Below, in pieces: positions 55,049 through 64,000 of a DNA stretch of 64,000 nucleotides (positions are counted from its first letter, which is position 1; each line of letters opens with the position of its first letter). The DNA is from Cyanidioschyzon merolae. Lineage: Eukaryota. The notes under the pieces are model-generated. The model ran no database searches, was not told the origin of the DNA, and saw nothing but the letters and a program-made list of their open reading frames with translations. The translations under genes were made by a program, and so were the position numbers. Location: assembly GCA_000091205.1 (NCBI GenBank), contig AP006501.2; one strand, given 5' to 3'.

Positions 55049-56323
55049 ATGAAGCGATGCGTTGCACGGCGCGTAGGGTTCGGTGGGGTTTCGGCTTCTC
55101 CCTGTGGATGCAGGCACATTCTTGCTGTTCTCGATTTCCGTTGCGATGCGGTAGAGATGTGGACGCATTACGTGTGGCTTGTGGGCCTGCGCTACACACC
55201 GGGTAGAGAAGCGCACCGGGCTACATCGGGCGAGCGCGGCTTGATCAACGAAGATGCAGGTGTTTTGCTGGCAAGTGCACGGTATGTTCAGCTGGTGTCC
55301 CGTACGCTTTGCGTCTGCAGGTGGGCGCGTTGCCAAGGCAGCAGCCAGCATTGGTGATCAGTAGCTTTGCCGGCCTCTGGGCACCGTCTCGCCGTGTCGC
55401 TGGGTGCATCTGGTGTATAGGTCCAGCAGCTTGTTCAATGGATTTGTCTAGCACGCCCAGCATTCGTAACGACTGCTGCGGCGCTATACGCTCTGACGAG
55501 AAACTGCAGGGCACTGCAGAAGCCGAAACAGATCGTTAGCATACGGGGCACCCCTGCGACCTCGCGTAAGGGTGTATCCTGCTCGCGCGTACGGACCAAG
55601 AGGTTTTCCGGGGACGCGCATCTGATGTTGAATTGGCTGCGAATCGTCCCGAATGCAAGTGCGACTCCGAATGTAAAGTTCGATATACCAGGCGTGCGTG
55701 GTATCGGCCGCTCGAAGTAGCTGCTAACGCCCGCTCGCTAAACCCCATTCGTGCAGCATGCAGCGAATCCTTTGCGCTTTTCTTGTCCAGGTGTAGTTTC
55801 TCCATCATCAGAATCAACCGCACAACCTGTAGAATCTCGCATCACAGTCCAACATGATCATCAGTCAAAATTCGAGGGACCTGCCACGATTCATGCGGCG
55901 TCCAGATGAGCGGGAACGTGTGATTCGCACGTGCTGGTGCCGTCTAGCCTGCAGGTTATATTCCGCGCCGCTCGATGCAGTGAAAGAAATGTGCATTGGG
56001 TTCTCGTCCAAAAGGGAAAGGTCGGCTTCGAACACGCCACAACAACAATACGAACAACAGAGCCGCATGAGATCCCTCTGCAGCGCAAGTTCTCGCGTCC
56101 TTTCGTGATCAGCGCCAGCGTACCGACACCTGCCCACATGGAATCAGACATGCGCGGTGACGCTGAGGCCATGAAAACTACCACGGAACGCGTCCGGCAA
56201 AAGTGGTGTGCGCTTGAACCCTATGCAGAGGCGCTACGACCGCTCCTCTGCAGAGCGAGAGTAGAAAAGGATTGATGTAAAAAGTTCGCATTGGCTGCGG
56301 CTTTGGCACTCTCTCGACCAAAA

Positions 56324-57790
56324 TCACACGAACCCACGCAGCGACAAGAAACACAGGGCGGTGAGCGCGGCGGATACCGGAACGGTAACAAACCAACTAA
56401 GGAGAATGTTCAGCAGGACACGGCGATTCACGGAGCCACGACCCGTCGCCAGTCCCATCGCCACAATGGATCCAATGAGCGTGTGTGTTGTCGACACGGG
56501 CATGCCGATCTGCGTGGCCATGAGCACCGTCAACGCTGTGGATAGCTCGACACAAAAGCCTCTCGTCGGTACAAGGTGCGTGATCTTCTTGCCTACAGTG
56601 TCCATCACGGGACGTCCCCAGACGCCGAGTCCGAACGAGATTCCGAGTCCTCCAAGAACCAGCGCCCACGGCGGTACCAGTACTTCACCGGAGACCGCAG
56701 CGCTGCCGCCACTGCGATACACCGCTAAGATGCTCGCAAAGGGACCGATGGCATTCGAGACATCATTGGACCCGTGGCTGAAACTCACAAAACACGCCGT
56801 AAGCAGCTGAAGAATCGAGAACACCTGTTCAATAATGTCATGCTGACGCTTCCGAGCATACGTTGTCAGACTCAAAGACGTTGACGACATCACGATATCC
56901 ATGGTCGTTGGCACGTATTCACAGGTTGGCAAGAGCTGGATATCCTCACTCCAGTGCGCTCCTGACGAATACTCATCTTCATTTGTGCTCTCCTCGTTCG
57001 CTTGAAGCGCACCGAATGCGGCTAGCGCGACTGCGGCGGCCTCACTGGCGTCAATTTTACGCCCATTGCCGCGAATATTCTCCCGTGGGATGCTTCTCCG
57101 CACAAACTGTTTGCTGTGGATGAAGCTCGTCAGAGCGCCGGAAACTCCAGCCCCCAGCGCAGCCACACCGAAGGAGCTCGCAACAGCCTGAAACAATGTC
57201 CATCCTGTCGAATGCTCACTCTCCAGTTGCAAGAATAGAGTCAGGATGAAGAGCATCGAGCCGCACAACGTCGGCAGCCAGCGACGCATCGCTCGAGTCG
57301 GACGCGGCGCATCGATGATCGTTTGCCGGATGAACCGGAATAGCAGCCATGCCACAACGCCGCCCATCAACGGCGAAATGATCCAGCTCAGAACGATACG
57401 TAGAACTGCTTCCCACTGGATTTTCCAGCCAGAAATCATGCCGAGGCCAATAAGTGAGCCCACAACCGAGTGTGTCGATGACACTGGCAAGCCGTAGCGA
57501 GTAGCTAGACCCAGCCACATGGTGCATCCCACTAACACACAGAGCATTCCCAACATGTAGAGAGATGGCGAAGTTGCAACAGCACCAGATATGGACACTA
57601 CTCCTGTAGATATGGTCTTGGTGACTGTCGAACCAAATAGGACAGCACCAGCGAACTCGCAAACAGCGCCTATGGCAAGCGCCTTGCCAATAGATACCGC
57701 CCCGGTTCCTACTGATGTGCCAAGGGCATTGGCCACGTCATTTGCTCCAAGCGCTGCAGAGAGTAAGAACGCTATGCAAAGCGATAAGCA
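56324..57790 (-). CDS. PiT-family (PHO4 superfamily) inorganic phosphate transporter, conserved core
   Basis: GANDVANALGTSVGTGAVS ... GSNDVSNAIGPFA repeated PHO4 motifs and 10+ TM segments. The ORF-track extension up to 58591 reads through repeat sequence; the true start is probably ~57.8-58.16 kb. Confidence 0.8.
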   Translation of the reverse strand, partial: CLSLCIAFLLSAALGANDVANALGTSVGTGAVSIGKALAIGAVCEFAGAVLFGSTVTKTISTGVVSISGAVATSPSLYMLGMLCVLVGCTMWLGLATRYGLPVSSTHSVVGSLIGLGMISGWKIQWEAVLRIVLSWIISPLMGGVVAWLLFRFIRQTIIDAPRPTRAMRRWLPTLCGSMLFILTLFLQLESEHSTGWTLFQAVASSFGVAALGAGVSGALTSFIHSKQFVRRSIPRENIRGNGRKIDASEAAAVALAAFGALQANEESTNEDEYSSGAHWSEDIQLLPTCEYVPTTMDIVMSSTSLSLTTYARKRQHDIIEQVFSILQLLTACFVSFSHGSNDVSNAIGPFASILAVYRSGGSAAVSGEVLVPPWALVLGGLGISFGLGVWGRPVMDTVGKKITHLVPTRGFCVELSTALTVLMATQIGMPVSTTHTLIGSIVAMGLATGRGSVNRRVLLNILLSWFVTVPVSAALTALCFLSLRGFV

Positions 57791-58349
57791 AACAAGCACA
57801 AAAGGCGACAAAATGTGACCGGATAGAGTACCGGCAGCTGCACTGGCAGCATCCGCCACAAGCGAGGCGTTTAAACGGAAACCACGCTGCGTCGTCTGCC
57901 GCGGTGCGGTCCAGCGAGCACGTTCCCGCAACGACTCTCGCACTCGCAGCCATGTCGGTGACAATTGAGCTGCTCTGATACCATAATTTCTACAAGAAAA
58001 GCACGAAATGGAAGAACGATGAGCGCGAGTCGACCCCGAAAGCTCGCTCCTAACTGCAAGGCGACCAGGATGCACAGGCAAACAAAGCGCCCTCTGAGCT
58101 GGTCCACTGACCACGTATGCCAGGTGAGGCGGTCGCCCGCCGCATTTACCCGGTCTCATGGACACCTGTAAGCGCCTATAGTTACCGCAAACGTCACGAA
58201 TCGCGCCTAGGCCCCTTTGGTGACACACAGCCAAACGCTTGTCCTTTTGCACGGAGCACGCACGAGACACGCATGTATGCACGCAAGCACTGCACGCACG
58301 CACGCACGCACGCACTGCGCGCAGGACGCTCGTACCACTGCCTGACGCT

Positions 58350-58440
58350 TTGGGTGGCGCTCGATTCGCGCGCGATGAGGCACCCATCGTTCCATCTACT
58401 TCCAAGTTCCATAACCCATACTTCTTCTCGGATATTCTTG
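58350..58440 (+). repeat. Partial R2 repeat (3' part)
   Basis: gcgcgatgaggcacccatcg...ccatacttcttctcggatattcttg homologous to 39160-39230. Confidence 0.45.
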
Positions 58441-58574
58441 TTGCTTCACGTCTTGTTTTGTGCAGCGAGTGCTTGCAGTGAGCTCCCACGATAGCACCTA
58501 TATCATCGGTGCGGTCGTTGCACAGAAGCAGGACGGGTTTGTCGTACCACAGATGGCGTCGGCACGAGCGGGTA

Positions 58575-59175
58575 GACTGATACCCACGCACAGGCGCCTC
58601 GCAGTGTTTTTTGACCGGCCCTCTGCTATCGGTAGTAATGCTTGTCCGTGCACGTTTCGAGTCTGAGAGTCTGTCCCATTAAGTAAGATGGCCTAATTTC
58701 GTCAGCACTCGTCTTCATCCCCACACATCGTCTGATATTCATGGCGGTGGTGACGTCTCGGTTCACGAACGCTATTCGTGCATTGACACTGATTGAACGC
58801 ACCAATGCAATGATTGCTAGAACTCGCGTACCCAGCGCCACTGACGCCTTGTTGTCGCCCCATTCTACAAATACCTTTTCTCGTGTCTTGCCCTTCTTCT
58901 ACTTTTCATCGTCATTTGCGCTTCTTCGGTCTATTGTCGGTGGGAAGAGGCTTTTTTCGTTTTCTTCCTGCAACCGGCGATGGTGGCCCTCCTGGATCCC
59001 CGACTACCATGTGCGTACGTTTTCCTTGGATTTTTTTTGTTTCATCAAATGAAGACACTTCGAATGCATCCGCTATACACCGCGAAAAAGCATTTGATGA
59101 CATACACATTGACCTGGAACTCCATTTATGTGAAGGACTGTAATGATGGCGCTGTCGTGGCGAACGCTTTGCTTG
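58575..59175 (-). mobile_element. Copy H: internal-deletion derivative of the Fanzor-like family (5' ~280 bp + 3' ~320 bp)
   Basis: 5' region ggtgtatagcggatgc...gtcggggatccaggagggcc...cgccggttgcaggaagaaaacgaaaaa (VGDPGGPPSPVAGRKRKK) aligned to A 7830-7960. 3' region IAFVNRDVTTAMNIRRC...ggccggtcaaaaaacactgcgaggcgcctg. Confidence 0.7.
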
Positions 59176-59801
59176 ACTATGCGATGCGCAGCGTCAGCAT
59201 GCTCACCGGTACGTCATCGACCGCCGTAGCAGTGGCTGCTGTATCAGAGCGTCCTGGAAACAACAAGGCGCTTCTGCTGGCCTCGTTCTCGAGCCGCATT
59301 TTGTGTCCCGGACGTATGGTGCCTGCAAGCAACAGTCGTTTACGTTGAGACTATCTGCCCATAGATGCCGACTGTCTAGACTCAAAGCTCGGCTAGGGCG
59401 CAAGTCCCATGAAACTCGCTGCTCTCTTGCGCCTTGTCCTCTTTGCGAGGCGCTGGATTGCCAGTCGCCGTCGTTCCACACTCAATTACAAGCGTCTCGA
59501 ATGATGCGGGCAAGCGCTACGACTCAAATGGACTACAGTTCCGTAACTGGGTGACTCGCATGCCGGTATTCGACACGCGTTAGATACAGGTGCTCAGGGA
59601 TGCCCCGAGCATGACCCCTTCAATACATCACGTGACGAATGCATTGAAGAAGAATTCTTTCGATTATTCCCCAGTAGACATGAGCATGTCGTCTCCAGCC
59701 GAACCTTTCGCTCACTCACCATTTGCTCCGATGCAATTCACGTCATGCTCGGATGTGTATATGCATTCCAGCACATGTCCAATTCGTGGCGTTATTAGAT
59801 T

Positions 59802-60833
59802 TTATTCCAGTTTAAACAGAATCTTTCCCTTACGATCCGGGGCAAACTGTGCCCGAAAAGCGTCCTCATACTTTTCGAGTGTATATTCTTGCTCCACTTG
59901 CGGCCGCATTTCACCTTTGCGAATCATATCAAGTACTTCCTCGAAAATCGTCTGCTTCTGCTTCTTCAGCCAAGTTGCGAGCCAGAAACCGCGGACAACG
60001 ATGCCCTTAAAGATCAGATCACTGTTCATGACACACGTCGGTTTGCCGCTCTGCAAGCCGTACCCGACGAAAAGGCCGCCCGGGGAGAGCGCTGCCAGCG
60101 CAGCCGAGCCCATCTCGCCGCCAACAGCGTCAACGACGGCAGCGAGCCCGCGTCCATTCGTTATCGCGTTGAGACGCTCGGCGAGGTTCGGCTCCTCGCC
60201 AAAAACGATCACCTCGTCTGCCCCGAGCTGTTTCAGTTCCGCAACAGATGCTTTCGATCGCACAAAGTTCACCGTGCACAAGCCCCGCTTTTTCGCCAGC
60301 TGGATGAACATACGACCGAGAGTCGAGTTCGCCGCTGTCTGTCCGATCCACGGGTTGCCGTGAACCGGCGCCTCCGCTTCGATCTGCTCCAACATGCCAA
60401 CCACGGTCAGCGGGTTCACTATCAATTGAGCGGCCTCTTTATCACCGATATCCTGTGGTACTTTGATACAGAGGTTTTCGTCCACCACGAGGTACTGTTG
60501 CCAGCAGCCCGAGCGATCCAAAAGTGTTGGAATCACACGCGTCCCGACAGGAAGCGAGGTCGCTGGACCTTGCGCCACAACTTCTCCGACACCCTCGAGG
60601 CCGCCAACAAACCCAGGACGACGTTCGCGCACTGCGGCTACCCCAGGGTACACGCCTTGGACGACAAACACGTCGGCAGGGTTGAGGCACGCATACCGCA
60701 TCTTCACGAGCACCTGACCCGGACCAGGCTTCGGGACAGAAGCAGTGGTGTTCAACCTAAGTGCTCCCTTCAGCGGATCGCCAAAACTTACAATTTCCAG
60801 AGCTTTCTGCGTTGACGGTATATGTGTTGCCAT
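59802..60833 (-). CDS. MECR: Mitochondrial trans-2-enoyl-CoA reductase-like (MDR / quinone oxidoreductase family)
   Basis: Start taken at MATHIPSTQKALEIVSFGDP (60833); GYGLQSGKPTCVM...KGKILFKLE; MDR NAD(P)-binding fold. Confidence 0.7.
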   Translation of the reverse strand: MATHIPSTQKALEIVSFGDPLKGALRLNTTASVPKPGPGQVLVKMRYACLNPADVFVVQGVYPGVAAVRERRPGFVGGLEGVGEVVAQGPATSLPVGTRVIPTLLDRSGCWQQYLVVDENLCIKVPQDIGDKEAAQLIVNPLTVVGMLEQIEAEAPVHGNPWIGQTAANSTLGRMFIQLAKKRGLCTVNFVRSKASVAELKQLGADEVIVFGEEPNLAERLNAITNGRGLAAVVDAVGGEMGSAALAALSPGGLFVGYGLQSGKPTCVMNSDLIFKGIVVRGFWLATWLKKQKQTIFEEVLDMIRKGEMRPQVEQEYTLEKYEDAFRAQFAPDRKGKILFKLE

Positions 60834-60959
60834 AGAGTTTGCAAATCGGTTGCGTCTTCCAGCAACGACACCGCCAGGCCTGTGTCTGGAATCAATTTTG
60901 GGGCAGGGAGTGCGCACATCAGGCTGGCCGCGTCCACCCGCCACACCTGGACCCGTGCC

Positions 60960-61550
60960 GCGGTATGCGAAAGAATCTGGACTGTGGGAGGCAGCGTGCA
61001 TTCGTCAACTTTTTCAATCAGTTGAGCGCCTTGAAGGAGGATCAAAGTCAGAGGCTCGTAGTAGCGTACGGAGCAGGGCGCTGGAAGACCCATAAAGGGA
61101 CGAGGCCAGCTCCAACGACAAGAATGTATGAGGCGTGCACACGGCGTTTCGTTACGATACCGATAGATGAGTTCCGAATATCCTATACACACCATGAACT
61201 GGGATGCACACTTCAGAGGGTCGAGATGGAAACGTGCCAACGGAGCCCTGAGGATATAAAAAAGCACGGACCGCTGACGGAAGAGCAAATGGAAAGGAGG
61301 GCGAAAGTTCGTGGACAACTTGCACTAGTGAGTACAACCTATGATAGTAAGAAACGTATGGAGTTCGTGAATCGTGACTTTAATCCTGCTATCAATATAA
61401 GGAAATGTGCGGTGCTGGAGACGAGACCTCCAGAGTAGACAAGACAGAATTTTACTGGACAACCTCTCAAGATTGAACCATATGAGAAAAAGTTTGAAGC
61501 AGTAGTGAGTGGCCGGTCGAAAAAGGCCGGGAAGCGTCTGTACGTCAGTT
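60960..61550 (+). mobile_element. Copy C: 5'-truncated Fanzor-like 3' fragment lying in the divergent MECR/NDUFS8 promoter region
   Basis: Single-frame QRAFVNFFNQLSALKEDQSQRLVVAYGAG...RRFVTIPIDEFRISYTHHELGCTLQRVEMETCQRS...KKRMEFVNRDFNPAINIRKCAVLETRPPE; 3' terminus ...ctgtacgtcagttggag at ~61548. Confidence 0.75.
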
Positions 61551-61638
61551 GGAGCCTTCTCGTCCAGGGCGGGTTTTTCGCCACTACTGTATACCGCTGG
61601 CGACGTTCGACTTTAGAACGGCGTTTACTTTTGGTGAA

Positions 61639-62379
61639 ATGAACCGCTTTACACGCTCTCTTCTTCAGAGTGTCTACGCTATACCGCAAACCGGCTTGTC
61701 GAGGTGCTGTTTTGGGAGCTGGTCGTCGCGAGCTGTGCTGGACGCTGGCCAACGCGTCAGTGCGAGTCTGCTGGGCACCAGGCAGGAGCTCCGTCTAACG
61801 CAACAGCGGGAGCAGCGCGTTCTCCGGCACTCGTTCTCGACGCAATTGAACCCTGGTGGAACAGAGCGCGCGCAGCGGTCGCTCGAGTCCCTTCTGGATC
61901 GCCCAGCGCAAGTGCTGTTCCTGACGGAGCTCTGGAGAGGCCTTGGGAACCTGCTCGACATATTCTTCGACCCAAAAGCGATGTACACCATCAACTATCC
62001 CCAGGAAAAAACTCCTGTCTCACCGAGGTTTCGGGGTGAGCACGCCTTGCGACGTTACCCAACTGGCGAGGAGCGCTGCATCGCCTGCAGTCTGTGCTCC
62101 GCGGCGTGTCCGGCACTGGCGATCACCATCGAGGCAGAGCCCCGACCAGACGGCTCCCGGCGAACAACGCGCTACGATATTGACGGCTCCAAGTGCATTT
62201 ACTGTGGGTTATGTCAGGAAGCGTGCCCCGTCGACGCAATTGTGGAGTCCCCTACGCTCGAGAGCGCCGTAGAAACCCACGAGGAGCTGCTCTGGAACAA
62301 GGAGAAGCTTCTCTCAAACGGCGATCGATGGGAGCCCGAGCTCGCCCGAGCTATCGAGGCAGATGCCCCGTATCGCTGA
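61639..62379 (+). CDS. NDUFS8: NADH dehydrogenase (ubiquinone) iron-sulfur protein 8 (TYKY / NuoI, 2x[4Fe-4S])
   Basis: [21 protein letters not shown]...[18 protein letters not shown]; start at [10 protein letters not shown] (61639). Confidence 0.85.
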   Translation: MNRFTRSLLQSVYAIPQTGLSRCCFGSWSSRAVLDAGQRVSASLLGTRQELRLTQQREQRVLRHSFSTQLNPGGTERAQRSLESLLDRPAQVLFLTELWRGLGNLLDIFFDPKAMYTINYPQEKTPVSPRFRGEHALRRYPTGEERCIACSLCSAACPALAITIEAEPRPDGSRRTTRYDIDGSKCIYCGLCQEACPVDAIVESPTLESAVETHEELLWNKEKLLSNGDRWEPELARAIEADAPYR

Positions 62380-63009
62380 ACGCGGTGGAGCGGCCACCTG
62401 GCGACTCCTGAACACGCACCCGAGTGTTTGCTGCTCGCCATGCATTGCGATGGCTGCATCCGATTCGACGGGAGTCTGCATCCGCAGTGCACTGCAACGA
62501 CCGCTTGTAGCGACCAGTACCGATATCATTCGCAGACAGGAACAGGGACACGTCGCGGCATCTACAGCTTAGTCGCGGTCACTGTGTCGCTTCGGGACGA
62601 TGCGGGCGTATCGCGATCCTGCTTGCCAAGTTGTAAAGATGCACGCGAATTATGTCGCGTGAAGCGCGGCAGCAGCCTCGGATTCCTCCTTCAACAAGAG
62701 CGAGCGTTATCAACTGCTGTGCGCGGGGTTCATCGGAAGCCGCACGTGTCCCGTGACAGTTCCAAGTCGTTTGGTACCCGAAACCAACGACCTCGGAGCG
62801 CGTCTGTTGACGGGCGATTTCGCTCCGCCACGCAGCAGCACTGATGGTATCTTGTCCGTTGTGCGCGGTGGACGGACACCCAGGCACAGCGCTCAAGCAG
62901 TGCTGGTAAGCACGATACCTTGCAGGCGTCTGTATGGTACTCCTGCGCACTGGGGCTCGTGCTCAGCTGCAGGCGTTCCGCACCAGTCGTTGGCCCGCAA
63001 GAATGCCAC

Positions 63010-63936
63010 TCAGTACGTTTCATCCTCGGATGTGTCGATCGACCTGCTCTCGCCAACGACCAAGGATCGCGTTCTGGGAGGCGACTTGCGTCTCCAGGCT
63101 CGCTGCGGATGCATTGCGAGGAGCTGGTAAACGTCATGCGTCAAGCGCTGCCGCGCGATACCCAGCGTCGTTCCGCCCATCATCACAGCTAGCACAGCAA
63201 GAAGCATCAGGCACGCGACGCTCTTATAGGAAATCGAATCCATGAAACCATTCACGGCCTCGGCGAGTGTCTCCATGATCAAGCTCGCCCTATTCATGAC
63301 GAGCTGCGTCGGTGTCTGACCTGCGCACCGTTCCCAGCTTTGGCACTGTTCCCGCATGTGCGGAACAACCTGTGCATCATCGAAACAACGATTCATTTGA
63401 AAACTTCGTTGGCACTGCTCGATGTGCCGAGCTGCCTGTGTGTACTGATGCGCCACTTTTCGCGAAACGTCCGTGTAAAAGCTGCGTCCGAAAAACACGA
63501 ACACGAAGAGCAACACAGTGAGCAGGACTATGTTTAGCGCCAGCTGCACGTATCCAACGACAACATACGGCCAGTAGACTTGCTCGACGAGGGCCAGCAC
63601 GGAAGGCTCGCGAGTCGGCCTTGCTTGCGACGTGCAGGGGTCGCGTCGACGGCCTGCAAGACTTCGCTCACCCGGATACGAGGCAGGAGGAGTCAGCGTG
63701 CTTCGTGCACCGGAGCTGTTGAGGCGTTCCACTGGTACTTGATCTGGTTCACGGCTCGAAAAGGGACGTAACGCAACGTCTTTTAAAACTGGGTTAGCGT
63801 TGGGGAAAACGCCCTGCTCAACCAGCCCAACCGTTCTTCGCGGAGTGCTGATTACTCCAGCCGCAAGGCCGTACTCATCGACCAGAGTTTCGTCTCGGTA
63901 GGTTGCATCTTCATCAACATCCATCCGCTCCGTCAT
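63010..63936 (-). CDS. Brr6/Brl1-like nuclear envelope protein (two TM flanking a four-Cys luminal domain)
   Basis: HIEQCQRSFQMNRCFDDAQVVPHMREQCQSWERC fits the Brr6-like C-C domain pattern; flanking hydrophobic segments. Confidence 0.5.
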   Translation of the reverse strand: MTERMDVDEDATYRDETLVDEYGLAAGVISTPRRTVGLVEQGVFPNANPVLKDVALRPFSSREPDQVPVERLNSSGARSTLTPPASYPGERSLAGRRRDPCTSQARPTREPSVLALVEQVYWPYVVVGYVQLALNIVLLTVLLFVFVFFGRSFYTDVSRKVAHQYTQAARHIEQCQRSFQMNRCFDDAQVVPHMREQCQSWERCAGQTPTQLVMNRASLIMETLAEAVNGFMDSISYKSVACLMLLAVLAVMMGGTTLGIARQRLTHDVYQLLAMHPQRAWRRKSPPRTRSLVVGESRSIDTSEDETY

Positions 63937-64000
63937 TGTTCCCGCTGCGTTTCGACCTGTCCAAGCCCAAGTCGCGTAACAACCCGGTAGACGTCGCAGG

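Overview
This is a GC-rich (~57%), gene-dense stretch of eukaryotic nuclear DNA with almost no obvious introns. I count about 25 protein-coding genes, roughly one per 2.5 kb, on both strands. The most interesting feature is a repeat family present in eight copies whose conceptual translation carries RuvC-I and RuvC-III motifs of TnpB/Fanzor-type nucleases.

Genes. Recognisable products are:
- a RimM-like PRC-barrel protein
- an MRG/chromodomain protein
- 6-phosphogluconate dehydrogenase
- a GH13 isoamylase-type debranching enzyme
- PWP2/UTP1
- FAD synthase
- a DUF1499 protein
- a TBC Rab-GAP
- threonyl-tRNA synthetase
- TIM22
- a DAO-family FAD oxidoreductase
- mitochondrial ribosomal protein uS17
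- MAT1
- YrdC/Sua5
- a LETM1-like protein
- an RNase III with a dsRBD
- a PiT phosphate transporter
- an MECR-type enoyl reductase
- NDUFS8
- a Brr6/Brl1-like nuclear-envelope protein

The plastid-type isoamylase together with an organellar RimM suggests an alga-like, intron-poor host.

Repeat family. Its conceptual translation carries an unambiguous RuvC-I motif (..NDFVV[SG][12 protein letters not shown]..), a TSQ/zinc-finger-like block (IPIDEFRTSYTHHELGC..ETCQRS) and a RuvC-III motif (KKRMEFVNRDFNAAINIRRC). Given the eukaryotic context I call it Fanzor-like. The copies are:
- two ~2.6-kb copies in opposite orientations (A 7755-10320 plus strand, B 43205-45797 minus strand), both broken by frameshifts
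- three ~0.5-0.7-kb internal-deletion derivatives that keep both termini (D, F, H)
- three 3'-only or chimeric fragments (C, E, G)

All eight copies retain the 3' terminus. Five of them sit co-oriented, 0.1-0.45 kb upstream of host start codons.

A second, MITE-like repeat of ~120-190 bp, here called R2, is nested inside copies A and D. In both places it is flanked by 12-14-bp direct repeats.

Other structure:
- a 250-bp inverted-repeat pair bracketing 4.5 kb
- a direct repeat of at least 316 bp (positions 1 and 4066)
- 20-bp tandem repeats abutting the 3' end of copy B
- a variable-number 66-nt repeat just before RuvC-I in copies A and B
- several microsatellites

I could not verify any tRNA or rRNA genes.
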